Below, piece after piece: positions 28,663-38,896 of a stretch of DNA of 64,000 nt. Numbering within the stretch: position 1 is the first letter of the stretch; the number at the start of each line of letters is the position of its first letter. Below the pieces are notes generated by a model. That model made no database searches. It saw nothing but the letters and a program-made list of their open reading frames with translations, and had not been told where the DNA came from. Position numbers and translations under genes: made by a program. Where the stretch lies: contig OZ220691.1 of assembly GCA_965116475.1 (NCBI GenBank), positions 2,912,001-2,976,000 on the forward strand, written 5' to 3'. The stretch is from Gemmatimonadota bacterium (GTDB lineage Bacteria; Gemmatimonadota; Gemmatimonadetes; Palauibacterales; Palauibacteraceae).

Positions 28663-29961
28663 TCAGGGCCGGTCGGGGACGGGGATCCCGTAGCGCTCCA
28701 GCGTCTGCTTCACCGTGGGGCGGCCCAGGCTTACGCGGTCATCGTCGAGCAGGTAGGAGCACAGGTAGCCCGCGCCGAGCATGAGGATTCCGATCAGGAA
28801 GCAGTACATCACCGCCCGGTCGGGGTAGCTGTCCTTGAGGTATCCGACGTAGAGCGGGCCGCAGATGCCCGCCGCGGCCCACGCCGTGAGGATGGCGCCG
28901 TACACCTTCGACATGTTCCTGGGGCCGTACACCTCGAGGATGAACGACGGCATCGTCGCGAACCCGCCGCCGAAGCAGAGCAGCACGTAGCACACGAGCG
29001 CCGAGAAGATCCACGGGTTCGACTCGGTCATGAGGACGCCGAACACGACCATCTGGCTTGCGAGCAGGATCCGGAACACGGCCACGCGCCCGATCCGGTC
29101 GGAGAGCCACGCCCACAGGATCCGTCCCAGCCCGTTGCACACGGAACTCGCCGCGATGAGCGTCGCCCCGTACTCGGCCAACACCGCCGGCTCCACCGAG
29201 GGGTCGGCCAGTCCCCACACCTCCTGGAGGAGTTCGGACTGGAAGCTGATGACCGAGATGCCCGCGGCGATGTTGAAGAAGAAGACGATCCAGATGATGG
29301 CGAACTGGCTGGACTTCAGGTACGGGCCCACCTGCGCGGGCTGCTTCCATGGCGCCACCTGGGCGGCGGGCGGGTCGTCGATGACGAAGCTGCTGGGGAT
29401 GAGGATGCAGGCGAAGACGATCCCGAGCCACAGGAAGACCTGTGGAAGATCCCCTTCCGTCTGCAGCACGAGCAGCGGCGCGAGCCCCTTGCTCAGGAGG
29501 AGCGCCCCGATCCCGAAGCCCATGACGACGATGCCCGTGACGAGTCCCTTCCGGTCCGGGAACCACTTCGCGGCCGTGGTGACCGGCGTCACGTACCCGA
29601 GACCGATGCCGATCCCCCCGATGAGCCCGTATCCCGCGTAGAAAAGGAGGATCGAGTCGATCCGCAGCGCGAAGCTCGCGATGACGTATCCGCCGGCGAA
29701 GAGCGTGCTTCCGATGAGGGCGAGGCGGCGCGGACCCACCCTGGGCAGCAGCTGGCCCGCCCAGGCCGCCGCCGTCCCGAGAGAGAAGATCGCGATGCAG
29801 AAGGCCAGCGATCCCTGCGTGAACGTCCAGCCAGCCTGCCGGACGAGCATCGTCTGGAAGAAGCTCCAGGCGTAGACCGTTCCGAAGCAGACCTGCAGGA
29901 CCGTGCAGAAGAAGGCAATCGCGACCCGGGGCGCCTTCCACCCTTCGGCGGACGCGGACAT
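28663..29961 (-). CDS. OFA family (oxalate/formate antiporter-like) MFS transporter
   Basis: GTVYAWS, GIGLGYVTPV..AAKWFPDRKGLVTG..VMGFG, NG.GRI.W..LSDRIGR, YGAILTAW. Confidence 0.9.
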   Translation of the reverse strand: MSASAEGWKAPRVAIAFFCTVLQVCFGTVYAWSFFQTMLVRQAGWTFTQGSLAFCIAIFSLGTAAAWAGQLLPRVGPRRLALIGSTLFAGGYVIASFALRIDSILLFYAGYGLIGGIGIGLGYVTPVTTAAKWFPDRKGLVTGIVVMGFGIGALLLSKGLAPLLVLQTEGDLPQVFLWLGIVFACILIPSSFVIDDPPAAQVAPWKQPAQVGPYLKSSQFAIIWIVFFFNIAAGISVISFQSELLQEVWGLADPSVEPAVLAEYGATLIAASSVCNGLGRILWAWLSDRIGRVAVFRILLASQMVVFGVLMTESNPWIFSALVCYVLLCFGGGFATMPSFILEVYGPRNMSKVYGAILTAWAAAGICGPLYVGYLKDSYPDRAVMYCFLIGILMLGAGYLCSYLLDDDRVSLGRPTVKQTLERYGIPVPDRP

Positions 29962-29962
29962 G

Positions 29963-30724
29963 TCAGTCCGTTCCCGAACCCGGGTTCGAGGCCGCACCCG
30001 ACGCTTCGCCCTTCACGGCGTGCAGCATGAGGCGCGCCATCTCCCCGATCTCGTCGTCGCGCGCGAGCACCTTCGCATCGTTCAGCGCGTCGGCATCGCG
30101 GCGCGCGAGCCCCACCACGTAGGAGAGCAGTTCTTCCAGCGGAGTGACCGCGAGCCTCACGAACCAGATCGAGCCCAGGACGCCGACGATGAGGATGATG
30201 CAGATCAGAGCGATCTGCTGCCCGGTGGCGCGCTGGATCTTGAGCCGCACGAGGTCGAGGTCCATCCCTACGTGCACCGTGCCGGCCTGACCGGCCAGGA
30301 TGGGGCTCCCGATCTCGACGAAGTCCCCCATCCCCGGCAGGCTGCGCTCGACCGGTTCGGTGGCGTGCGGGTCGCTCTCGCGGATCACATCGGGGACGCC
30401 CGGCACGAACGTGTGCGTCAGGATCTCGCCGGTGTCGCTCGTGATGTAGATGTACCGGATACTCTGGATCTCCACGAACTGGTCGATGAGCGACTGCAGC
30501 GTGGCGAGGTTCCGGTTGAGGAGGATATCGACGCTCGAATCGGCGATGTTCTTGGCGATGTTCGCGCTGTTGCTCTCGTACTCCTCCTCGAGCTGGCTGG
30601 AGACCGTGTTGATGGAGAGCGTGGAAGTGGCGAAGACGATCGCGCCGAAGAGGACGAAGATGCCGAAGCGCGTCTTGCGGAAGAGCCTCTTGATCCTGAT
30701 CTCGTGCGTTTCCGGCGGATTCAC
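29963..30724 (-). CDS. Two-TM sensor with extracytoplasmic domain and C-terminal HAMP, no output domain
   Basis: TM1, IRYIYIT...GEILTHTF, GTVHVGMD, TM2, PLEEL...RDDEIGEMAR, then stop. Confidence 0.75.
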   Translation of the reverse strand: MNPPETHEIRIKRLFRKTRFGIFVLFGAIVFATSTLSINTVSSQLEEEYESNSANIAKNIADSSVDILLNRNLATLQSLIDQFVEIQSIRYIYITSDTGEILTHTFVPGVPDVIRESDPHATEPVERSLPGMGDFVEIGSPILAGQAGTVHVGMDLDLVRLKIQRATGQQIALICIILIVGVLGSIWFVRLAVTPLEELLSYVVGLARRDADALNDAKVLARDDEIGEMARLMLHAVKGEASGAASNPGSGTD

Positions 30725-32145
30725 GAGGCCTCGTCACCCGTCGCGGTTTGGCCGAACTTGGCTTCCCAGTCGGTCAGTGTGACGAAGCGGCCATCCTCGA
30801 CGACCGTATAGTAGACGCTCTGAAGCCCCTGCCGGCGGTCGGGCGCGAACGACACCATCTCGCCGATCCCGAGATCGTAGTTCCGAACCGAGAAGACCGC
30901 CTCGTTGAGCTTGCTGCGCTCGGGCGTGCCGTCGATCCGGCGCAGGATCTCCGTGAGCAGCTTTGCGTCCAGGTAACCTTCGAGGCTCGTGAAGCTGTAC
31001 GGGAACGGGTCGTACGGCTCCACCACGAGTTCCTCCGGCACCTGCGGATCGTAGCGGTCCATCAGGTCCCGGTACTCGGGGACGGCCGGGATCGACGTGT
31101 CCTCGTAGCTGGGCACGACCTGCGAGTTCACGAGCCACGGCGTGTAGTACGCCGGGTCATCGCCGCTCGCCCCCATGAGCAGCGCCAGCAGGTTCTCGCT
31201 CCCGACGAAGGAGAGGTTCGCGATGGGGACGTGCAGGCCCAGATCCATCGCGTCGCGGGCGAAGGCGGCGCACGCGGCGTAGGCGCCCACGCAGATCACG
31301 GCGTCCGGGGAGGCCTCCTGCAGAATCTCGACCTGCGGCCGCATCACGCTCGTGAACTGTGTGCCCCGCCGGTAGGTCGCCTCGCCCGCGATCGTCTCTC
31401 CGTGCCGGGCCAGCGCCGCCCTGACGCCGGCCCAGCCGCTGCGCCCGTACGCGTCGGCCTGGTAGAAGACCGCGATCCGGCGGCGCCCGATGCGCACGAA
31501 GTTGTCGACCAGCCCCGCCGTCTCCTGCCCGTAGGAAGCGCGCAGGTTGAAGGCGAACTCCCCGTACGGCGGCTCACGCTGCGGCTGGGCGCCCGTGAAC
31601 GGGAAGAAGATGTACATCTGCTGGTCCTGGAACTTCTTCAGCAGCGGCAGGACGCGGGTGACGGTCGGCGTGCCGACGTAGCCGAACAGCAGGAAGACCT
31701 CGTCCTCCAGCATCAGCTTGAGCGTGTTTTCCACGCACGGATCGGGCTGATAGCCGTCGTCGTAGAGCCTGGGGACGATCCGGCGGCCGTTGACGCCGCC
31801 CTGCTCGTTGACCTGCCCGAAACACGACATCGCCCCGCGATACAGTTCGGTGCCCAGCCCCCGGGACGGCCCGGAGAAGGCCGCGGACACGCCGAGCACG
31901 ATCTCGTCGTCCGGCTGCACACCCTGCCTTCCGCTCCACCGCAGACCCGGCGCGAGCGGTCGCGCGGAGGTGGAGGCGCCGAGCGACGTGGCGAAAGGCG
32001 CGCCGAGCAGACCGGCCAGTCCGGCGCGGATCGCGGAGCGGCGCGTCAGGAGTCCGCCGGCCGGGGGCGGGATCACCCGAGCCGGCCTGCGGTTCGGAAC
32101 CGGCGGTCCGTTGGGAGGCTGCGTCCCTTTTCGACTTCCGGACAA
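30721..32145 (-). CDS. Tat-exported solute-binding protein (LivJ/branched-chain type)
   Basis: TRRSAIRAG twin-Arg; SAAFSGP, N..GGVNGR, DDGYQP, GYVGTPT, FNLRASY, YQADAYG; AAGGAG RBS before TTG 32145. Confidence 0.88.
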   Translation of the reverse strand: MSGSRKGTQPPNGPPVPNRRPARVIPPPAGGLLTRRSAIRAGLAGLLGAPFATSLGASTSARPLAPGLRWSGRQGVQPDDEIVLGVSAAFSGPSRGLGTELYRGAMSCFGQVNEQGGVNGRRIVPRLYDDGYQPDPCVENTLKLMLEDEVFLLFGYVGTPTVTRVLPLLKKFQDQQMYIFFPFTGAQPQREPPYGEFAFNLRASYGQETAGLVDNFVRIGRRRIAVFYQADAYGRSGWAGVRAALARHGETIAGEATYRRGTQFTSVMRPQVEILQEASPDAVICVGAYAACAAFARDAMDLGLHVPIANLSFVGSENLLALLMGASGDDPAYYTPWLVNSQVVPSYEDTSIPAVPEYRDLMDRYDPQVPEELVVEPYDPFPYSFTSLEGYLDAKLLTEILRRIDGTPERSKLNEAVFSVRNYDLGIGEMVSFAPDRRQGLQSVYYTVVEDGRFVTLTDWEAKFGQTATGDEAS

Positions 32146-32352
32146 TACCCTCTCCTTGCGTGCGGTGGCCATCCGCGTCGCCAAGGCCGGTCCATCGCAT
32201 GGGGACCGCCCGGCATGGGAGTTTATTCGCAAGTACATTCATGTTCAACCTGACGCCCGGTTCTCCGGTCGATCCAGGGCCTCGGGTTCGATACGTTGCC
32301 CACAACGTTGCGCACAGAGGAACAACCCTTCGCGGTCTCGATGAGGTCCACC

Positions 32353-35136
32353 ATGTCCAACCTTCCCCGTCTCGACTCCTTCGGCGCGCGCGCTTCGCTG
32401 GATGCTCCCGGCGGCCCCGTCGCGATCCGCGACCTGCGGGCCGTCGCCGCGGCCACCGAGAGCGACCTCTCGCGTCTTCCGTTCTCGATCAAGGTCGTGC
32501 TCGAGAACCTGGTCCGGCACGAGGACGGTCAATCCGTGACGGCGGAGGACATCGCCGCCATCGCGGCCTGGGATGCGCAGGCCACGCCGGGCCGCGAACT
32601 CTCCTTCCGCCCCGCGCGCGTGCTCCTGCAGGACTTCACCGGTGTGCCCGCCGTCGTGGACCTGGCCGCGATGCGCGACGCGATGGCGGAACTCGGCGGC
32701 GATCCCTCGTCGATCAACCCGCTCATGCCGTGCGAACTCGTCATCGACCACTCCGTGCAGGTGGACTCGTTCGGCACGGCGCGGTCGTTCCTCATCAACG
32801 CGGAGCGGGAATTCGAGCGGAACCACGAGCGCTACGCCTTCCTGCGCTGGGGACAGACGGCGTTCGACAACTTCAAGGTCGTCCCGCCGGGCACGGGGAT
32901 CGTCCACCAGGTGAACCTCGAGTACCTGGCCCGGGTCGTGTTCGACGACGCGACGGGGGGCGGACGCGTGGCGTACCCCGACACCGTCGTCGGGACGGAC
33001 AGCCACACCACGATGATCAACGGTCTCGGCGTTCTCGGGTGGGGCGTGGGCGGCATCGAGGCCGAGGCGGCCATGCTCGGACAGGCCCTCTCGATGCTCG
33101 TTCCGCGCGTGCTCGGCTTCCGGCTCCACGGCCGGCTCCCGGACGGCGCCACGGCGACGGATCTCGTCCTGCGGGTCACCGAGGTCCTCCGCGACGCGGG
33201 CGTCGTCGGCAAGTTCGTCGAGTTCCATGGGCCGGGTCTGGCTGGCCTCTCGCTCGCCGACCGGGCGACGCTCGGCAACATGTCGCCCGAGTTCGGCTCC
33301 ACCTGCGCGATCTTCCCCATCGACGCGGAGACGCTCGCCTACCTCCGCTTCACGGGTCGCTCCGAGGAACAGGTGGCGCTCGTCGAGGCCTACGCCCGGG
33401 CCCAGACCCTCTTCCACGACGCGGATACGCCCGCCGCGGAATACAGCGACCACGTGGAACTGGACCTCTCGACCGTCGAACCGGCGATCGCGGGCCCGAA
33501 GCTGCCGCAGCAGCGCGTGCCGCTGACGGAGAGCAAACCGCGGTTCCTGGAGGCGCTCGACGGGCTGAAGGGGCCGGGCGCGGGGGGCGGCGGCCTCACG
33601 CAGATGACGGGCTGGTCCGGTGGGGCCGGCGACGGCGGCGTGGCGGTGGCCGAGGCCCCGGCCGGCGTGGCCGTGCGCCTGACGAACGAACAGGGAGAGT
33701 CGCACGAGTTCTCCCTGCACGACGGGTCCGTGGTCATCGCCGCGATCACGAGCTGCACGAACACCTCGAATCCGTCCGTCATGGTCGGAGCGGGCCTCCT
33801 CGCCCGGAAGGCCGTCGAAGCGGGCCTCAAGCAGCGTCCGTGGGTGAAGACGAGCCTCGCCCCCGGCTCGATGGTCGTGACGGAGTACCTCGAGGAAGCC
33901 GGCCTCATGCCGTACTTCGAGCAGCTCGGCTTCCACGTCGTCGGCTACGGCTGTACCACCTGCATCGGGAACAGCGGACCGCTCCCGGCTGAGATCTCGA
34001 GCGCGATCCGGGAGAACGATCTCGTCGCCTGCTCCGTCCTCTCCGGGAACCGGAACTTCGAGGGCCGCATCAGCCCCGATTCGCGCGCCAACTATCTCGC
34101 GTCGCCTCCCCTCGTCGTCGCCTACGCGCTCGCGGGCCGCATGGACATCGACCTGTACAGCGAGCCGCTGGGCACGAACGACCGGGGCGAGGAGATCTTC
34201 CTGCGCGACATCTGGCCCGCGCAGGACGAGATCGTCGAAGCTGTCCGCACCGCGGTGAAGACGGAGATGTTCCGCGCCAAGTACGCCGAAGTGTACGCGG
34301 GGGACGAGCGCTGGAACGCGCTGGAGATCCCCATGGGCGACCGCTTCGCGTGGGACGAGGCTTCGACCTACGTGCGGCAGCCGACCTTCTTCGCCGGAAT
34401 GTCGAAGGAGGCCGACGCCCCCGCGGACATCGAGGGAGCGCGCTGCCTCGCGCTCCTCGGCGACGCGGTGACGACCGACCACATCTCGCCCGCCGGCGGC
34501 ATCGCGCCAACCTCGCCCGCCGCGGACTACCTCCGGGCGCACGGCGTGGCGCTGCGCGACTTCAACTCATACGGGGCGCGCCGGGGGAACCACGAGGTGA
34601 TGATGCGGGGGACGTTCGCGAACGTCCGGCTCCGGAACCTGATGGTGCCCGGCGTGGAGGGCGGGTTCACGGTCCACGTCCCGAGCGGCGAGCAGTTGTC
34701 GATCTTCGACGCCGCCGCGCGCTATCGGGACGAGGGAACGCCCACGATCCTCATCGGCGGTGCGCTCTACGGATCGGGCTCGAGCCGCGACTGGGCAGCG
34801 AAGGGGCCCTTCCTGCTGGGCGTGAAGGCCGTCATCGCCGTGAGCTACGAACGCATCCACCGCTCGAACCTCATCGGGATGGGGATCCTGCCCCTCCGGT
34901 TCCGCGACGGCGAGACGGCGGAGACGCTGGGCCTCACAGGCGGCGAGACCTTCCACATCACCGGCATCGCCGACGGCCTGAAGCCGAAGGACGCGATCAC
35001 GGTGACGGCGGTCTCCGATGACGGATCGGAGACGCGCTTCGAGGCCATCGCCCGGCTCGATACGGAGGTCGAGGTGGACTACTACCGCAACGGCGGCATC
35101 CTCCAAACCGTCCTGCGGCAGCAACTGGAAGCCTGA
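32353..35136 (+). CDS. acnA: Aconitate hydratase A
   Basis: [64 protein letters not shown]. Confidence 0.97.
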   Translation: MSNLPRLDSFGARASLDAPGGPVAIRDLRAVAAATESDLSRLPFSIKVVLENLVRHEDGQSVTAEDIAAIAAWDAQATPGRELSFRPARVLLQDFTGVPAVVDLAAMRDAMAELGGDPSSINPLMPCELVIDHSVQVDSFGTARSFLINAEREFERNHERYAFLRWGQTAFDNFKVVPPGTGIVHQVNLEYLARVVFDDATGGGRVAYPDTVVGTDSHTTMINGLGVLGWGVGGIEAEAAMLGQALSMLVPRVLGFRLHGRLPDGATATDLVLRVTEVLRDAGVVGKFVEFHGPGLAGLSLADRATLGNMSPEFGSTCAIFPIDAETLAYLRFTGRSEEQVALVEAYARAQTLFHDADTPAAEYSDHVELDLSTVEPAIAGPKLPQQRVPLTESKPRFLEALDGLKGPGAGGGGLTQMTGWSGGAGDGGVAVAEAPAGVAVRLTNEQGESHEFSLHDGSVVIAAITSCTNTSNPSVMVGAGLLARKAVEAGLKQRPWVKTSLAPGSMVVTEYLEEAGLMPYFEQLGFHVVGYGCTTCIGNSGPLPAEISSAIRENDLVACSVLSGNRNFEGRISPDSRANYLASPPLVVAYALAGRMDIDLYSEPLGTNDRGEEIFLRDIWPAQDEIVEAVRTAVKTEMFRAKYAEVYAGDERWNALEIPMGDRFAWDEASTYVRQPTFFAGMSKEADAPADIEGARCLALLGDAVTTDHISPAGGIAPTSPAADYLRAHGVALRDFNSYGARRGNHEVMMRGTFANVRLRNLMVPGVEGGFTVHVPSGEQLSIFDAAARYRDEGTPTILIGGALYGSGSSRDWAAKGPFLLGVKAVIAVSYERIHRSNLIGMGILPLRFRDGETAETLGLTGGETFHITGIADGLKPKDAITVTAVSDDGSETRFEAIARLDTEVEVDYYRNGGILQTVLRQQLEA

Positions 35137-35141
35137 GCCGC

Positions 35142-35684
35142 TCAGGACCCCTTGATCGCGGCCTCCAGCCACCTCCGGTCCGCCTTCCGCAGATGGTCCG
35201 GCGGCGCGGGTTCGTCGCGCTCTTCCTCGTCGCGACTCCGGCCGCGCCGGATGCGGCGCGCGACGAGAAATCCGCCGAGGAGGAAGGCCAGACCGGGACC
35301 GGCGTAGACGAAGAGGTTCATCCCCTCGGCCCGGGGCTTGAGGAGGATCCAGGGGCCGTACGCCTCCACGAACCAGGCCTCGATCTCCTCCGCGGTGCGA
35401 CCGTCCATGAGCATGTTGCGGATCACGTCCTGCATTTCGCGCGCGATGCGCGCAGACGACTCCGCGACGGACTGCTGGCGGCAGATGGGGCAGCGCAGGG
35501 TGGCGCCGATCTCCGCCGTCCGCTGGTCGATTTCGGCGCTCCGGACGGGGTCGCCCGGGGCGGCCGGCCGCTCGATGCCGTCGAGGGCCCCGTCGACGGT
35601 CTGGGCGGCGGCGGGCGCCCCTCCGAGGGCGACCCCCGTCACGGCGAGCACGACGAGCACGGCCGCGAAGGCGACGCGCGACAT
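35142..35684 (-). CDS. ccmH: Cytochrome c biogenesis protein CcmH
   Basis: LRCPICRQQSVAES, I..WFVEAYG.WILL.P, TM. Confidence 0.88.
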   Translation of the reverse strand: MSRVAFAAVLVVLAVTGVALGGAPAAAQTVDGALDGIERPAAPGDPVRSAEIDQRTAEIGATLRCPICRQQSVAESSARIAREMQDVIRNMLMDGRTAEEIEAWFVEAYGPWILLKPRAEGMNLFVYAGPGLAFLLGGFLVARRIRRGRSRDEEERDEPAPPDHLRKADRRWLEAAIKGS

Positions 35685-36238
35685 CAGCTTCCCGCCGGAC
35701 CGGCCGCGTCGCGGGCGACCAGGAGCGAGTCCACGTTCCGCCGGACGAGGTCCCAGGTCACCGCGAGGTCGTGCCGCAGCGCGACGACGCCGTCGGCGCC
35801 GATGAAGTACGTCTCGGGCACCCCGTACACGCCGTATTCGATCGCGGTCAGGCTCCCCGGATCCGTGACGAGCGGCCACTCCCCGCCCAGTTCCTCGATG
35901 AAGCGCATCCCGTTCTCCGGCCTGTCCTGGAAGAGGACGCCGATGAGCGCCACTTCCTCCGGATCGTACGTCTCGCGCAGCCGCACGAGCACCGGATGCT
36001 CGGCAATGCACGGGATGCACCACGAGGCCCAGTAGTTGAGCACGACGACCTTCCCCTCGAAGTCGCTCAGGCTCACCGAATCGCTCGGGTCGTAGAGGTT
36101 GGCGAGCCGGAACGCCGGCGCCTCGCGCCCCTCGAGCGCCGACGGAAGCCGCCGCTGGTCCTGCCCGAGCCCCCAGTAGAGGAGCGCCAGGACGGGCACG
36201 GCCGCCAGGGGCAGGGCCCACCGCCACCAGCCCTTCAT
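35684..36238 (-). CDS. ccmG: CcmG/DsbE thiol:disulfide oxidoreductase
   Basis: NYWASWCIPC..EHP, YGVYGVPETYFI. Confidence 0.88.
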   Translation of the reverse strand: MKGWWRWALPLAAVPVLALLYWGLGQDQRRLPSALEGREAPAFRLANLYDPSDSVSLSDFEGKVVVLNYWASWCIPCIAEHPVLVRLRETYDPEEVALIGVLFQDRPENGMRFIEELGGEWPLVTDPGSLTAIEYGVYGVPETYFIGADGVVALRHDLAVTWDLVRRNVDSLLVARDAAGPAGS

Positions 36239-36266
36239 GCCGCCCTCATGCCGCCCTCATGCCGCC
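36235..36266 (-). repeat. 11-bp tandem repeat x3 containing ATGA at the ccmF/ccmG junction
   Basis: TCATGCCGCCC at 36235 and 36246, 10/11 match at 36257. Confidence 0.9.
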
Positions 36267-38323
36267 GCCGCCGGATCCGCGAGCAGTTCGGCCCCCGCCG
36301 CCCGCACCCGGCTCCGGCCCCAGGGCCAGATCGCGATCAGCGCGCCCACGCCCATGATCATCCCCCCGATCCACAGCCAGACGATCCCCGGGTTCACGAT
36401 CGCCCGCACCGTCGCGTGCGCCCCGCTCTCCGGGTCCACCGCCATCAGCGTGAGATAGAGGTCGCTCGTGAGCGAACTCTTCACCGCCGGCGTCGCGATG
36501 TTCTGTCCCGTCGCGGTGTAGAAGTTGATCCGCGGCCGCTCCTCGCCGATCCCGCGCCCGTCACGGTACGCCGCGAACGTCGCCCCGATCACGAACCGGT
36601 GCGGTTCCTCCCGCCCCCACACGTCGATCAGTTCCACCTCGTAGTCCTCGATCGCGAGCCGTTCTCCGGGGCGGAGCGTCATCTCCCGCTCCGTCTTCCA
36701 CGTCCACGAGACGGAGATGGCGAGCGCGATGACGATCACCCCCACGTGCACGACGTAGCCGCCGTAGCGCTGGCCCGTGCGCGCGAACAGGTCCCGCAGC
36801 GCGCCGAGGAAGGAGCGCTCCGCGATCCTCCGCCGCGCCGCGATCCCCTTGCGGAACTCGTCGGCGATCGTCGTCAGCACGAAGGCGGCGAAGGCGATCG
36901 TGAGAATGGGGAGGAAATATCCCACGCCGAGGGCGAAGGCGAGGAGCCCAGCCGCGGCGCCGACGATGGCCGGCCACACGAACGACCGTTTCAACTGTTC
37001 CCGTCCCGCCCGCCGCCACGGGAGCGCCGGCCCCACCCCCATCAGGAAGATGAGCGCCAGCCCGATCGGGCTCGCGACCTGGTCGAAGTACGGCGGCCCC
37101 ACGCTGATCCGGTCTCCCCGCAGTGCCTCCACCACGAGCGGCCACATCGTGCCGAGGAGGACCGTGAAGGTGAAACCGACGAAGAGGAGGTTGTTGAGGA
37201 TGAAGGCGGATTCGCGCGAGGCGGGACTCTCGACCTGGCCTGGCGCCCGCAGGCGGTTGCTCCGCCACCCGATGAGCGCCAGCGACGCGATCGCCACCAC
37301 GGCAATGAAGGCGAGGAACACCGGCCCGATGACCCCCTCGGTGAACGCGTGAACGGAGTCGATGACGCCCGACCGCGTGAGGAACGTCCCGAACAGGGTG
37401 AGGAGGAAGGTCGAGATTATCAGCGTGAGGTTCCACGTCTTCAGCATCCCCCGCCGCTCCTGGACCATCGCGGAGTGCAGGAAGGCGGTGGCCGTGAGCC
37501 AGGGAAGGAAGGAGGCGTTTTCCACCGGATCCCACGCCCAGGCGCCGCCCCAGCCCAGAACCTCGTACGACCACCAGCCGCCGCCGATGATCCCCATGGT
37601 GAGGAAGGCCCACGCCGCGACCATCCAGCGGCGCGCGTCCCGGAGCCAGCGCGCCTCGACGTTCCCGCGCAGAAGGGCCGCGATCGCGAACGCGAAGGGC
37701 ACCGTCATCCCCACGAACCCGAAGTAGAGCATGGGCGGGTGCAGGCCCATGAGCGGATGATTCTGGAGGAGGGGATTGGGCCCGGGGCCGTTGGCCGGCG
37801 CGGGATCCACGATGCCGAACGGATTCGCCGCCCCCGCGAGGAGTCCGAAGAAGAAGAGCTGGACGACGCCGATGACGCCGAGGACGAGCGGGGTCGTCCG
37901 GAGGCCGTGCGCGAGTCCGCCGCCGAGCGCGGTCAGCGGTTCGCCGGTGGCCCGCAGCGCGCCGAACTCGCGGCGCCGGGTGAAGGCGAAGAGCGCCCCG
38001 TAGCCGGCGAGGATCCAGCCCCAGAAGAGGATCGAGCCCTCGAGGCTGCTCCAGAGCGAGATCGCCGTGTAGTAGGTTGGCGTCTCGCGGCTCCCCACGC
38101 GCGCCACGTACTCGACGCTGAAGTCGTGCGTGAGAAGAGCGATTTCCATCACGAGCATGCCGCCCGACATCGCGAAGAAGGCGAAGTAGGCCGCGCGGCG
38201 CGCCAGCGACGCGGACAGCTCGCCGCCGGAGCGTGACAGGCCGGCCCAGCCGCCCGCCACGGTTGCCACGCCCGCGGCCACCAACGCCGCGATGACGGAC
38301 GCGTAGCCGAGCGTGCTCAGCAT
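36257..38323 (-). CDS. ccmF: Heme lyase CcmF
   Basis: NPLLQNH, HPPMLY, WSYEVLGWGGAWAWDPVENAS, FLTRSG..SVHAF. Confidence 0.95.
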   Translation of the reverse strand: MLSTLGYASVIAALVAAGVATVAGGWAGLSRSGGELSASLARRAAYFAFFAMSGGMLVMEIALLTHDFSVEYVARVGSRETPTYYTAISLWSSLEGSILFWGWILAGYGALFAFTRRREFGALRATGEPLTALGGGLAHGLRTTPLVLGVIGVVQLFFFGLLAGAANPFGIVDPAPANGPGPNPLLQNHPLMGLHPPMLYFGFVGMTVPFAFAIAALLRGNVEARWLRDARRWMVAAWAFLTMGIIGGGWWSYEVLGWGGAWAWDPVENASFLPWLTATAFLHSAMVQERRGMLKTWNLTLIISTFLLTLFGTFLTRSGVIDSVHAFTEGVIGPVFLAFIAVVAIASLALIGWRSNRLRAPGQVESPASRESAFILNNLLFVGFTFTVLLGTMWPLVVEALRGDRISVGPPYFDQVASPIGLALIFLMGVGPALPWRRAGREQLKRSFVWPAIVGAAAGLLAFALGVGYFLPILTIAFAAFVLTTIADEFRKGIAARRRIAERSFLGALRDLFARTGQRYGGYVVHVGVIVIALAISVSWTWKTEREMTLRPGERLAIEDYEVELIDVWGREEPHRFVIGATFAAYRDGRGIGEERPRINFYTATGQNIATPAVKSSLTSDLYLTLMAVDPESGAHATVRAIVNPGIVWLWIGGMIMGVGALIAIWPWGRSRVRAAGAELLADPAAAA

Positions 38324-38324
38324 T

Positions 38325-38759
38325 TCAGTTGTCGAGGAGGGACTTGTAGACCTGGCCCGCGTCGCCCGCGTGCTCCGGTGGGGCGTATTCGTTCGAGTGC
38401 TTCACCATCAGGTTCGTGGCGCGGAAGACCCCATCGTTCCCGTAGGCGCCTTCGACGACGACGCCCATCCCCGGCTGGAACATCGACGGCGGCGCGCCCG
38501 TGCTCTCGACGGGGATCTCGATGCTCTCTTCGCCGATGACGAAACGCAGTTCGGCGGACTCCGGACTCCAGTCCACGCTCCCCGGCTTGACCCGGCCCCC
38601 GAGCCGGATCGGCTGGTCCACGACCTCGACTCCGCGCGCCTCGAGTTCGGCGGGCGTGAGGAAGAACACCATGTTCTCGTTCAACCCACCTGCCGCGAGC
38701 AGCATGATCGCCGCCGCGATCGCCCCGAGCCCTGCCAGCATCCAGAGTTTCCGTCTCAA
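38325..38759 (-). CDS. ccmE: Heme chaperone CcmE
   Basis: FFLTP.E, IRLGG.V..GS, P.MF..G.GVVVEG, KHSNEY; TTG start after GAGGG (ATG 38783 alternative). Confidence 0.9.
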   Translation of the reverse strand: MRRKLWMLAGLGAIAAAIMLLAAGGLNENMVFFLTPAELEARGVEVVDQPIRLGGRVKPGSVDWSPESAELRFVIGEESIEIPVESTGAPPSMFQPGMGVVVEGAYGNDGVFRATNLMVKHSNEYAPPEHAGDAGQVYKSLLDN

Positions 38760-38896
38760 CGTTCCCTCGCCTTCGAAGATCATCGTGCGGATTGCCCCGC
38801 AAGATGCAGCTTTCTCCACGCGCTTGCCACAGCACCGCCGAGGCGCGAAGCTCGCGGGGTAGACCCGCTCGCCTCGAAGAAGGAGAAGCTCCCCTC

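Noticed and set aside
35142..38759. Incomplete Ccm system (no ccmABCD) as a novelty
   Set aside because: Split ccm loci are common; the missing genes may lie outside this window.
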